Source: a virus (lineage: Duplodnaviria > Caudoviricetes). From it: a stretch of 56,849 bases of DNA. Position numbers and translations under genes: made by a program. Every line of letters starts with the position of its first letter. Position 1 is the stretch's first letter. The DNA lies in the IMG/VR virus record IMGVR_UViG_3300025108_000058, positions 1-56,849 of that record; one strand, 5' to 3'. The notes under the pieces are model-generated. The model did not search any database. It was not told where the DNA came from and saw only the letters and a program-made list of their open reading frames with translations. Shown here piece by piece: positions 28,469-37,733 of this stretch.

Positions 28469-31400
28469 TTAACTACTATATGTTTGTTCGTCAGCTATTA
28501 AATGATAAGTAGCTGTACTTGAATTATACTGTTCTTGAAAAATCATTCCCCATCTTTTATTTCCTTCTACAAAATTTTCTGTATTAAAATAAATTACACC
28601 GGAATTAGATACACCGTCTATTCCAACTGTATTGTCTTGATATAAATAATACTCATTTACTTCATCCTGCCCTGTTGGTATAGATCCATCGTACATACTA
28701 GCAGGTTTATCTGCTACTAATGATTGAGATGGAAATACTATCATTAATATAGAACCAGTTTGAGAAAAGTTTATTGATCCTACAGAGCTTATACCTGCAC
28801 TACCTGATAGGTTAACTAGAGAACCGGTTTTAAATAAACTTACTTTAAGAGGTACTGTTGCAGGAGTAAATGAATTTGAACCTAAACTTCCGCTTTGCAG
28901 CATAGCAATAAGAGACCCAGATGTTATTGGGCTACCTGAACTATCACCGGTTGCTGCTGATAGGAAAGTAGATTGATTACTAGGTGAAGTATTTTTCCAC
29001 CCGTACATATATGTCTTACCTAATTGATCTCTTACATTGAAAGTTTGGTTATATGATCTTGTTTCATCAAAATTATCAAATACAGAAGCAGTGTAATTAA
29101 AGTCTGAACCTGTTACTAGAGCTTCTATATTTTGTAATTGAAAGGAAGATGAATTAGCATTTTGAGGTACTAATTTTAAGTTAGTTACATCGCCGGTCAA
29201 TGACATTGAGAAAGGAGTATCACTTTCATCATCTGTAATCGAGATATTGGCTAATGTAGTTCCAGCATCTACTGAACAAGTTAAAGCATTTGTTACATAG
29301 CTAAAACTTGCTTCTGGAGCTGAGTTTGGTCTCACTGTTACTGATATACTACCAGACCCTATATTGTCATATTGATCTCTAAACGTTATATCAGAAGATA
29401 TAGTTGCTCCTGAACTTGTTGCAGATCCACTTAAGTTAACTCCTAATGTTAAGTTACCGCTACTGTTAACAACTATAGCTGCATTAGAAGAAGTAAACGA
29501 CTGTACTGCTGCTGAATTTAAAGATGGTGAGTAAGATACAGATAGATCAGCTTGAGTACCAGTTCTACCGTTTAAGTTTGTTACTATACTGTTACCACTT
29601 ACTGCTGATTCTATTACCCTAAATGTACCATTAGTGCCTAGAGTACCTATAGGTGCTTGTGAAATATCAAAATCATCTTGAAAAATTGAAGTTTCAAATC
29701 CTTTATCATCTTGAATAGAACCGCTATATACATAATTACCGGCACTTAGACTAGCAGTAGGAAAGATTCTTAATATTGTATCACTGGCAAATGAAGAAGA
29801 TAAAGCTGTGGTACTATTAAATACTAAACTATCTTTATTAATAGAATCACTTTCTGTATCAGAGAATACAAATTGATAAATATAGTTACCTACTCTTGCT
29901 CCATTAGTATTTAAATTAGCTGTTTGAGCTTGTGTACTTACCGACGGTCCAACGTTATCAGTTATGTTAACTGTAAAAGTTGTAGCTGCTGTTGTTGCAA
30001 AATTGTTAGAAGCAGTAATCTGTCCTGATAAACTATTACCGCCTACATCACTAGATCCAGATATATTTCTATTAATAGTTAAATTACCTGAACTATCAAC
30101 TGCAAAATTAGAAGACGGGTTAACAGTGAATGTTACTGGCTCGTTTGCTGTAAACTGTGTAGTAGTTCCTGAAAAACCGTTACTATTATCGTATACTGCT
30201 GCTCCAGATACTGCTGATTCAATTATAAAGAAGTTGTTTCCTCCTCCAATAGTAGGCGGAGTATCATCATCTATAGGGATAGTTACAGTAGCTTGATTAG
30301 AAGCTGTATTAAAACCATCTTTTACTTGAACTAAGTATTGATATTCATTTATTAGATCAGAATTCAAATGTACTCCATTTTTCCTAGTTACCTGACCCGA
30401 TGAGTTCATTTGGAATGGGTTTTCATGCGGGTCAGATAGTTGAGAAGTACCTCCATAACTACCAGTAGGTACGTTAGAGTTGTCTAGTTCTAATTTAGAT
30501 AGAGTGAAGTTGAAAAACGTAATAGTATCTTCCTCTGTATCAGAAGCAGCAATATTATCTACTACTGTTCCTGCTGAACTAGACTCATTAATTGCAGTTA
30601 AAGTTTGATTATTAATAGTTGGGTGAACATTATCTGTTACACTTATTGTTATAGGTAAATTTACTATAGAATCTGTATCTTGACCAGATTCGTAGTGTTC
30701 ATCTGATGCTGATATAGAAAAACTATAGGAAGAAGTTGATTCAAAATCTAAAGAAGCAGTTGCTTGAGCAATACTTACATAGTTAGAAGATTTTGTTATT
30801 GTAAAGTGTCCTCCTGGTACAGAACTTGATCTTATAGTAATAGAATCAGAGTTAGTATCGGTAAAGTATATTTTAGTTACTTCTCCTGTAGATGCATTTT
30901 CATTTCTACTAGCTGTAAATGCTGTTATTATTGTACCAGCTGCGGAAGTCTGTCTAAATACAGGTGCTGAGTTAGCAGTTACATCAATAAATAAGTTTTG
31001 ATTTGTTACAGCATCGAAAGTATCTGTTACTTTTACTGGTATTTGGTGTGCATTTGTTCCGTCTCCTCTATTTGTTGTATTAAATAGTTCAACTATTGAT
31101 GAAGTAAGTAGCGTTACTACTCCATTTGTAGCTACATTTACAAATCCTGCTGTATATGAGTCTTGAGCTGCAAAAGTTAATGCTTGGCCTTGTATATCAT
31201 TAGCAGTTAAAGTGTGTATAGTAGATCCTGATGTTAAAAATTCAGCTATATTTACATTAGCGTTAGAAGTAAACTGAGGAGCATCGTTTGGATAAAATAC
31301 TTTCTCTAAAAAGTCGGATACACTACCAGAAGTACCTGGATTAAACGATGAAGTAAAGAATCCTGGTAAATGTTGTTGAGATATTATTCTATTACCGTTA

Positions 31401-31729
31401 AAAGTAGTAGAACTAAAGCCAGCTCTAACTCCTGAAGCTGATATAAAGGAATCTGATATAAAAGAAGCAGAATCTGCTATTTCAGCATGTGAAGATGAGA
31501 TTTCTGTTAATATTTCTACTGAAGCTGATATAGCATAGGAAGCAGAAGCTACTGTTATACTACCATCCGCAAGAGATGATGTATAAGTATTAAAAGTAGT
31601 CTCATTTAACTTACCGGTACCTATTGCTTGTCCGTTTAAGTTAATAGATCCACTAACATCTAAGGAACCTGTAAGGTTTCCATAGTTGCCAAGTTGCCCA
31701 CTTATTTGTTTCCACTTAATTAATGCCAT
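28469..31729 (-). CDS. Cadherin/Ig-like repeat virion protein
   Basis: Repeated NxAPxF, NE, AxDxE/D, LDFE, VTDNVxP motifs of cadherin-like domains. Confidence 0.75.
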   Translation of the reverse strand: MALIKWKQISGQLGNYGNLTGSLDVSGSINLNGQAIGTGKLNETTFNTYTSSLADGSITVASASYAISASVEILTEISSSHAEIADSASFISDSFISASGVRAGFSSTTFNGNRIISQQHLPGFFTSSFNPGTSGSVSDFLEKVFYPNDAPQFTSNANVNIAEFLTSGSTIHTLTANDIQGQALTFAAQDSYTAGFVNVATNGVVTLLTSSIVELFNTTNRGDGTNAHQIPVKVTDTFDAVTNQNLFIDVTANSAPVFRQTSAAGTIITAFTASRNENASTGEVTKIYFTDTNSDSITIRSSSVPGGHFTITKSSNYVSIAQATASLDFESTSSYSFSISASDEHYESGQDTDSIVNLPITISVTDNVHPTINNQTLTAINESSSAGTVVDNIAASDTEEDTITFFNFTLSKLELDNSNVPTGSYGGTSQLSDPHENPFQMNSSGQVTRKNGVHLNSDLINEYQYLVQVKDGFNTASNQATVTIPIDDDTPPTIGGGNNFFIIESAVSGAAVYDNSNGFSGTTTQFTANEPVTFTVNPSSNFAVDSSGNLTINRNISGSSDVGGNSLSGQITASNNFATTAATTFTVNITDNVGPSVSTQAQTANLNTNGARVGNYIYQFVFSDTESDSINKDSLVFNSTTALSSSFASDTILRIFPTASLSAGNYVYSGSIQDDKGFETSIFQDDFDISQAPIGTLGTNGTFRVIESAVSGNSIVTNLNGRTGTQADLSVSYSPSLNSAAVQSFTSSNAAIVVNSSGNLTLGVNLSGSATSSGATISSDITFRDQYDNIGSGSISVTVRPNSAPEASFSYVTNALTCSVDAGTTLANISITDDESDTPFSMSLTGDVTNLKLVPQNANSSSFQLQNIEALVTGSDFNYTASVFDNFDETRSYNQTFNVRDQLGKTYMYGWKNTSPSNQSTFLSAATGDSSGSPITSGSLIAMLQSGSLGSNSFTPATVPLKVSLFKTGSLVNLSGSAGISSVGSINFSQTGSILMIVFPSQSLVADKPASMYDGSIPTGQDEVNEYYLYQDNTVGIDGVSNSGVIYFNTENFVEGNKRWGMIFQEQYNSSTATYHLIADEQTYSS

Positions 31730-32133
31730 TAGCTAACCAATTTACCAGTTATCATAAATTCATCGTCAGCTTCTAAGTCAAAATTTAAACTATTATTAAA
31801 AGTTATAACTACGTTGCTACCATCTTCTGTAATTGAATCAATAGCATCTATTTCTGATGCAATTCCGTTTACAAAAACTGTAAAATCGTCTTTTTCTATA
31901 GCAGGGAACCCATCAGGTACAGTTGCGAATGATATGTCCTCAAAAGTAACTACTGGATCTGATACTGTCACAGTTGTGTTATTGCTGGTAAAAGCATTAT
32001 TTAATGTGGTAAAGGTTTTTTGTTCTGCCGTCATTGCTTCAGCTATGTTTTGTACTGTTAATCTTGTAGCAGATGCTCTATCATAAAATCTTACAGTCCT
32101 TGAATTTACTCTCGTACTAGAATATCTGCCCAT
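31729..32133 (-). CDS. Putative virion structural protein
   Basis: FTVFVNG...ITF..SLNFDLEADDE..ITGK beta-rich; within structural operon. Confidence 0.55.
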   Translation of the reverse strand: MGRYSSTRVNSRTVRFYDRASATRLTVQNIAEAMTAEQKTFTTLNNAFTSNNTTVTVSDPVVTFEDISFATVPDGFPAIEKDDFTVFVNGIASEIDAIDSITEDGSNVVITFNNSLNFDLEADDEFMITGKLVS

Positions 32134-32991
32134 TTATATGTCATTTATATCTTTTACTACCTCTGTTCCGAATAATACAGCAGCTTTATTAAAGAATTTC
32201 ATAGATCCTTGTTGTAAAGCATTAATACCGTCAGGAACTAGATGTCCTAAAAGGTTTATATTAAAATTTGTCTTAACTACTCTATCACTTCCCTGTGATA
32301 GCTCAGTTGTTGTAGCATAACTATCAATCATTGCTCTAAAATTAAATCTTTCTGGGTCTCCCCAATAAGAATCTGATGCATAATTGATACTTTCTACTAA
32401 TTTATTCATCTGTTCTATATACTGTGTAAAGATTACGCATGAGTATACTATATTTACATAGTCTGGCATTACAACTCCTTGGTATTCTTTCAGTATAGAC
32501 CTGTTATTAAGTAAAGAAAATCTATCGTATTGATTTTTCCTACTCCATTTCTTTTCAAACACTCCAAACTGTGTAGGTAAGTTAGCATCCATCTTATTAG
32601 CTAACTCTCTGTTCTTCTCTACACTGTCTCTCTTAATCATTATTAACGGTAATTGTATTTTACCATTTCTATCTCTATAAAATCCTTCTTTCTGTACTGC
32701 ATGCCAACGTTCTGGTGAACCATATAGCACGGGAACATCTTTTTTAGCACCGTTTTGTAGTACAGATGGTTTGATTACATTATTAAAGTAGTAAAATATA
32801 GCTCCATCTATGTCTTTTAACCCTAGACTGAATCGTTTAGTTTCATCATCCTTTACAGATCTTTGCAATTCCCTTTTTTTAAGGTCTTGCACAGGCTGTT
32901 TGCTACCACTTGCTGGACCTCCTTGAAAAGGACTAATCGAATCTTGTGATATCTGTGATTGAGTCTTTGGTAATGGCTTATTATTTGGCAT
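32134..32991 (-). CDS. Tail terminator/sheath stabilizer-like protein (T4 gp15-like)
   Basis: VPVLYGSPERW, IQLPLI, PDYVNIVY...EQMNKLVE; position after neck genes. Confidence 0.6.
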   Translation of the reverse strand: MPNNKPLPKTQSQISQDSISPFQGGPASGSKQPVQDLKKRELQRSVKDDETKRFSLGLKDIDGAIFYYFNNVIKPSVLQNGAKKDVPVLYGSPERWHAVQKEGFYRDRNGKIQLPLIMIKRDSVEKNRELANKMDANLPTQFGVFEKKWSRKNQYDRFSLLNNRSILKEYQGVVMPDYVNIVYSCVIFTQYIEQMNKLVESINYASDSYWGDPERFNFRAMIDSYATTTELSQGSDRVVKTNFNINLLGHLVPDGINALQQGSMKFFNKAAVLFGTEVVKDINDI

Positions 32992-33268
32992 ATTTTCTGT
33001 TTATATGCATTTTGTAAGCTCTTTTAAAACTACTAAACACTTTAAATAATTGTTCTAACTTTTCATCCTGTGGATACTTACGAGTTACCTCTTTAAAGTC
33101 TTCGTAAGACTCTTCTATATTTTCAGCAAGTGAAATTAAAGGTGTATATTTAACATCCCAGGTATATTGACCAGTTTCCTTGTTATATCCTGTTTGTTTA
33201 GTTTTAAAATCAGGACTATCTTGTTGCCAATCGTGCTCTTTTTCGCTAAGTATGTCTTTTATCTTCAT
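32981..33268 (-). CDS. Hypothetical protein with MKIKDILSE leader
   Basis: Start at ATG 33268 avoids overlap with upstream gene; leader matches the shared head-cargo motif. Confidence 0.6.
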   Translation of the reverse strand: MKIKDILSEKEHDWQQDSPDFKTKQTGYNKETGQYTWDVKYTPLISLAENIEESYEDFKEVTRKYPQDEKLEQLFKVFSSFKRAYKMHINRKYAK

Positions 33269-33273
33269 AATAA

Positions 33274-33771
33274 TTAATATTCTTCGTTCTGAGCAAAAGT
33301 TATACCAGTTTGCTCTCTTCTGGTCATATGACACTCTAAAATCAATGATACTGATGTACCAAATTGACTTCCATAGTCGGTTAAGTTGTAGCTCTTGTCT
33401 CTCCCCATAAATAATTGGTTCTCCTTAACGTTATCTACAATATAATAGTCTTCTTGCCAATTAAGTATATCCCCTACCTCAGGTACTACGCTTACTTCTT
33501 CTAAATCACGTCTTAGCAGTGCAAATTGAACATCTCTTTCAAGATCAGGTCCAAATTCATCTACTGCTATCACTTGATCACCTCTAGTTATAAGGCAATT
33601 GAGTTTTAACGGTTCTAAAAACGATTTTACTAGTCCTTCACCGTATATATTCACTTCAGTATCCTTTATACTAAACTTATAGTACAGTATCTCCTGTTCT
33701 ACTATGTCTTTTAGTAGTTCTCTGTTAATACCTACTAATAGGTTAAAGTCTCTGTTAGATCCAAATAGCAT
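33274..33771 (-). CDS. Neck/head-closure protein (T4 gp14-like)
   Basis: NIYGE...F, PEVGDIL.W..DYY.V motifs; synteny after neck protein. Confidence 0.65.
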   Translation of the reverse strand: MLFGSNRDFNLLVGINRELLKDIVEQEILYYKFSIKDTEVNIYGEGLVKSFLEPLKLNCLITRGDQVIAVDEFGPDLERDVQFALLRRDLEEVSVVPEVGDILNWQEDYYIVDNVKENQLFMGRDKSYNLTDYGSQFGTSVSLILECHMTRREQTGITFAQNEEY

Positions 33772-34070
33772 TATACTTTCTCTATTGTTTGTTCACCTAT
33801 TTTAACAAGTTTTACGTTAGGATACTTTGACATTGCTGTGTTTTTTAATGATTCAAAGGCTTCCATAGCGCTTTTTTGTGTAATAAGTTTTATTTTTAAT
33901 GTTTCTACGTTCTCCATTGTACTATCTGCTACTGTTACTGTAGTAATACCTGGTAAAGCTCTTATTAAGTCAACTATCTGTGTCTTATCACTGCCATCTT
34001 CATACATTACTTGTACCATACCTTCATAAGTATTATACTGAACCTCGCTAAGTATCTTCATTAACTTCAT
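33771..34070 (-). CDS. Hypothetical protein with MKLMKILSE leader
   Basis: 99-aa ORF, IRALPGITTV; translationally coupled to neighbours. Confidence 0.65.
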   Translation of the reverse strand: MKLMKILSEVQYNTYEGMVQVMYEDGSDKTQIVDLIRALPGITTVTVADSTMENVETLKIKLITQKSAMEAFESLKNTAMSKYPNVKLVKIGEQTIEKV

Positions 34071-35245
34071 TATCCTATATATAGTTTCATTGGCACTCCA
34101 GTCACCATTTTAGCATTAGCTTCCATCTCTCTTACTTGTTGTTCCATTTGTTCTACTCTAGAAGTACCCTCTAATAATGTTCTTAACTGCTCTAATAGAG
34201 AAGCTTTCTCTGATCTAGCATCAGCTAGTAAGTCTGCTTGGTTTAAAGTAGCTTCTGAACCTGGAACAGGTACTGTCTGGTATTTACCACGTATATAAGC
34301 TAGCATTTCTTTAGCTAAGGCAGCGGCATACCTATATATCCAGTCTCTACCTACTGAATTAATGTCAGTATATACAGGATTATTAAAATTAGCATTAAAT
34401 ATATTAGTTACAGGGTTATCTCCGCAGCAAGCGCTATCACTAGTGTTAATAGTAGCACTAGAATCTGTAGAGGATAACTTATCTGTGTTTTTAAAGTATT
34501 CAAATCTTAATTTACCTGCTTTCTTTGGTATAGGTAGTAAAGTTAGTTGGTTATTCATTATTTCAAACGAATAAGCCGATCTTCTTATCTGATCATTGAA
34601 TTCTATAGCTTGAGTTTTAAGTATATCGTAAGAAGCAGGCATTAATAAGAAATTTACTCCTGGACTATAAGATCCAAAGTCAAAAGCATCCATTAATGAT
34701 TGTACTCCTGTACCAGTTCCTGCATAAGGATCAAAGTATCTTACTATAGCCGGTGGTGCTTCGTAGAATATACGTCTTATCTCTATTCCACCTTCTATAT
34801 TGTTATCTACCGCCCATTGATTAAGGTCATAATTTTGTTGATCAGCTATTAGATCTAGATTACCTGAGTATTTAGTAATATCACCTCCAACTTCTGCTTC
34901 AATACCGTATTGTTGACTATATCTTATCTGTTCATTTAAGTTTGGTTTAATAAGATTGTTATTCTGTACTGTAGATTGTTTAGATCCTTGTAAGTTAAGG
35001 AAGTTCTGTTTTATTACAGAAGCATATACTTCATTTCCATACGTTGTAATTGCCTCTTCAAAGCAAGCATAGAAAGATCCTGATTGTAATTCAACGTCCA
35101 TTAAAGGAAATCCTAATTTAGTAGCACAGAAAAATGCTACTTTATCAGCATCAGTTTGAAACTGACTGTCTGAGTCATAGAATCCGAATGGTGTTTGTCC
35201 GGCAGCAAATGTACTCGAGCCACCGTAAGTTATTATATTAGCCAT
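34070..35245 (-). CDS. Neck/head-tail adaptor protein (T4 gp13-like)
   Basis: LGFPLMDVEL, WIYRYAAALAKEML..IRGKY..VPVPG..TLN..L. Confidence 0.75.
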   Translation of the reverse strand: MANIITYGGSSTFAAGQTPFGFYDSDSQFQTDADKVAFFCATKLGFPLMDVELQSGSFYACFEEAITTYGNEVYASVIKQNFLNLQGSKQSTVQNNNLIKPNLNEQIRYSQQYGIEAEVGGDITKYSGNLDLIADQQNYDLNQWAVDNNIEGGIEIRRIFYEAPPAIVRYFDPYAGTGTGVQSLMDAFDFGSYSPGVNFLLMPASYDILKTQAIEFNDQIRRSAYSFEIMNNQLTLLPIPKKAGKLRFEYFKNTDKLSSTDSSATINTSDSACCGDNPVTNIFNANFNNPVYTDINSVGRDWIYRYAAALAKEMLAYIRGKYQTVPVPGSEATLNQADLLADARSEKASLLEQLRTLLEGTSRVEQMEQQVREMEANAKMVTGVPMKLYIG

Positions 35246-35248
35246 AAG

Positions 35249-35677
35249 TTAAGATGTTGTTATATAATATTCGATTTTAGCTGAACCTGATACTGGTTCT
35301 ACTAATATATCTCTAATATTATCATAATTAATATTACCTACAGTATAGCTTCCTGTCATCTCATTAGAAGTCAACATATAAGAACCACCTGGTTTTATTT
35401 TTTGATGAAAGTTTTCTGTTGAGCTTGATATCTCTAGATTAACACTATATGTGTCGTTTAAGTTACTAATTCTTCCGTAAACTATCGAACCAGTTATAAA
35501 AGTTCCTCTATCTATAGCACCGTTATAAGAAAATATTCTAGTTTTAGATCCAGAAGGAGCTAGTAAAGTTCTATGGTCTAAATAATTTACACCAGAATAT
35601 GTTTTGCTGTAGACATTGTTTTTATTATTATCATCTAGAGTGAGGTTCTCTAAAATCACTACTTGTACATTTGCCAT
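35249..35677 (-). CDS. Putative virion structural protein
   Basis: 142 aa, YGRISNL, multiple SGS/TGS motifs; first gene of neck operon. Confidence 0.6.
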   Translation of the reverse strand: MANVQVVILENLTLDDNNKNNVYSKTYSGVNYLDHRTLLAPSGSKTRIFSYNGAIDRGTFITGSIVYGRISNLNDTYSVNLEISSSTENFHQKIKPGGSYMLTSNEMTGSYTVGNINYDNIRDILVEPVSGSAKIEYYITTS

Positions 35678-35694
35678 ACTATTACGTTTTCTTT

Positions 35695-35702
35695 TATAAA
35701 TA
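35695..35702 (-). promoter_or_regulatory. Putative late promoter TATTTATA
   Basis: Recurrent 8-mer upstream of 35677 start, just after a terminator. Confidence 0.6.
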
Positions 35703-35707
35703 GCAAT

Positions 35708-35734
35708 AAAAAAAGAGGGCTTACGCCCCCTCTT
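35708..35734 (-). terminator. Rho-independent terminator
   Basis: AAGAGGGGGC-GTAA-GCCCTC followed by T7 on minus strand. Confidence 0.8.
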
Positions 35735-35757
35735 CTTAAAAATTCAAAGTTCTTAAG

Positions 35758-35991
35758 TTAATCTTTCTTGAAGATGTAATATAAGACCATCGCACCTACT
35801 AAACCTAGCAAGCCTTCGTTACTCAATCCTCCTAATATGCCCATGATATTATCTACCACAGATACTTCAGGCCAGAATGGTATAGACGCACCCTTAAAGA
35901 GTACTTCTAATACAACACCGAGAGCAACAATGCTCATTCCAATTTTCGTAAGTTCGTCGGCCCATTGACCAACTTTTTTAAATAAATCCAT
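35758..35991 (-). CDS. Small membrane protein (two hydrophobic segments)
   Basis: MDLFKKVGQWADELTKIGMSIVALGVVLEVLF...GLLGLVGAMVLYYIFKKD; start 35991 because the longer start overlaps promoter and terminator. Confidence 0.75.
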   Translation of the reverse strand: MDLFKKVGQWADELTKIGMSIVALGVVLEVLFKGASIPFWPEVSVVDNIMGILGGLSNEGLLGLVGAMVLYYIFKKD

Positions 35992-36050
35992 ATAATTGAT
36001 TTTAGTTAAACAAAAGGTAACTGTTAACTTGTGAAAGGAATTCCATCTTA

Positions 36051-36058
36051 TATAAATA
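36051..36058 (-). promoter_or_regulatory. Putative late promoter TATTTATA
   Basis: 8-mer directly after the capsid-gene terminator. Confidence 0.6.
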
Positions 36059-36061
36059 GGC

Positions 36062-36090
36062 AAAAAAAAAAGAGGCCCGTTAGGACCTCT
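36062..36090 (-). terminator. Rho-independent terminator of the capsid operon
   Basis: AGAGGTCC-TAAC-GGGCCTCT followed by T9 on minus strand. Confidence 0.88.
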
Positions 36091-36120
36091 CTTTCTTAAT
36101 ATATTCTAAAAAGTAGAATC

Positions 36121-37713
36121 TTAGATTAGATTGTGATCTGATACAAAGATTTTACCGTAGAATTCTGGTCTGATCATCTTCTTAGCATATCTTGTCATAA
36201 GACCTTTTCTTGGTGTAAAAGTCTCTGGGTCATATACTAGAGGAGTCATCATTAATGGTACATATGGTGCATATACAGCTCCTGTTTCTAGGAATTGTGA
36301 ACCTCTGTATCCCATTAAGATAATGTTCTCAGTCATGTATGGGTTTTTGTATACTTTGAATCTGTTAGCAAAGCTACCAACTCTTTGTACTCCCATGTTA
36401 AATTCAGCCTGATCTCCATCAGTTGAAGCAGCATATCCTGGAATAGATTCTAAGATTGTTGCAATGTTTGGAGAACATACAAGGAAGTTTGCACCACCTC
36501 TTAATGTTTTTTGGTGAATTTTGTTAGATACCTTTTGGATTTTAGTTCCTAAAGTTTGGAACCATTGTCCTTGAGTATTGTAGAATCCTCCTGATCCAGC
36601 AGCAGAAGTAACGAATGCAGATCCGTTCCAGCTTTTGTTAGATTTTGCAGACCATTGGTCAGTAGTGTTAGCGTCTTGGATTAACATATCTAAGATCTCT
36701 AAATCGATCTCCATAGAGATATATTCAGATAATAAAGATGTTAATTCAGCTTCAGCATCAATACTGTGGTAAGCGTTAAGATCTTGAGAAAATTCTGGTG
36801 TCCATTGTGCTTTTAATTTTCTTGTTTTAGCAACAATTGCTTCACTAGATAATTTAACATCAATAGATGGAATAGAGATAGAAGTGTCAACTGCTCTTGA
36901 AGAATCAGCTTCGAAGTCTCCTCTATCGTTATCAACTGGCTGTTTGTGGTATATAATAGATCCAGTTAAAGAAGCATCTACAGTAGTGTCTCCTTTTGCG
37001 ATAACAAATGTTACATCGTTTCCAGATACTGAAGTATACTTTGGGTTAGTTACGTCAACAGAAGCAGATAAGATTCTAAAAGCTCTTACACCTTTTAAAT
37101 CAGCAGCTAATCCACTAAAAGATTTAGTAATCTTGTAGTAGTCAGCAGGATCAACTCCATCTTCATAAGATATAGAAGCAGAATCAGCAGCTACAGCAGC
37201 TTCTTCAACAGCAACAGATGCACTATTGATAGTGTATCCAAACTGTCCAGCTCCGTAAAGACCTCCTGAAGGATCAGCGTCTTTTACCATTTTTGTAGAT
37301 CCTTCTGTTACGTTACCATATAAATTTGATTGTGCTTCTCTTCCATTTCTAGTGTCTCCATATTTGAAGTCTAAATAAAATACAAGTCCTGAAGGTAAAT
37401 TCATTGGTTGTACAGATACGAAATCTTGTGATACGATTTGAGCGAATACTTTTCTTACTAATGGTAAGACAACACCAGCCCATTGTTCACCAGCGCCTGC
37501 AGAGAAAGATCCTCCACCAACGTTAGTTGTGTTTGCTTCAGAGACTACTTGTTTTGCTTGGTTTTCAAGAATCATTGCCATGTTATTCATGACTTTTTTA
37601 TCTTCAATACCTTCTAACAAACCAGATTTAGCCCACTTTTCAGCAAGTTTTGCAGAGTCTTCTTGTAAATTCTTGTAAGAATTAGAACCCTCTAATAATT
37701 GGTTAATTTCCAT
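36121..37713 (-). CDS. gp23: Major capsid protein (T4 gp23-like)
   Basis: VSVQPMNLPSGLVFYLDF, AKTRKLKAQWTPEFSQDLNAYHSIDAEAEL, YAPYVPL, FTPRKGLMTRYA. Confidence 0.95.
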   Translation of the reverse strand: MEINQLLEGSNSYKNLQEDSAKLAEKWAKSGLLEGIEDKKVMNNMAMILENQAKQVVSEANTTNVGGGSFSAGAGEQWAGVVLPLVRKVFAQIVSQDFVSVQPMNLPSGLVFYLDFKYGDTRNGREAQSNLYGNVTEGSTKMVKDADPSGGLYGAGQFGYTINSASVAVEEAAVAADSASISYEDGVDPADYYKITKSFSGLAADLKGVRAFRILSASVDVTNPKYTSVSGNDVTFVIAKGDTTVDASLTGSIIYHKQPVDNDRGDFEADSSRAVDTSISIPSIDVKLSSEAIVAKTRKLKAQWTPEFSQDLNAYHSIDAEAELTSLLSEYISMEIDLEILDMLIQDANTTDQWSAKSNKSWNGSAFVTSAAGSGGFYNTQGQWFQTLGTKIQKVSNKIHQKTLRGGANFLVCSPNIATILESIPGYAASTDGDQAEFNMGVQRVGSFANRFKVYKNPYMTENIILMGYRGSQFLETGAVYAPYVPLMMTPLVYDPETFTPRKGLMTRYAKKMIRPEFYGKIFVSDHNLI

Positions 37714-37733
37714 TTTAATTTAATTTTTTAAGA

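Noticed and set aside
35992-36063. Longer N-terminal extensions given by the ORF track (also starts at 2066, 2760, 33334, 47696)
   Set aside because: They overlap promoters, terminators or upstream genes; downstream ATGs fit operon spacing and leader motifs better
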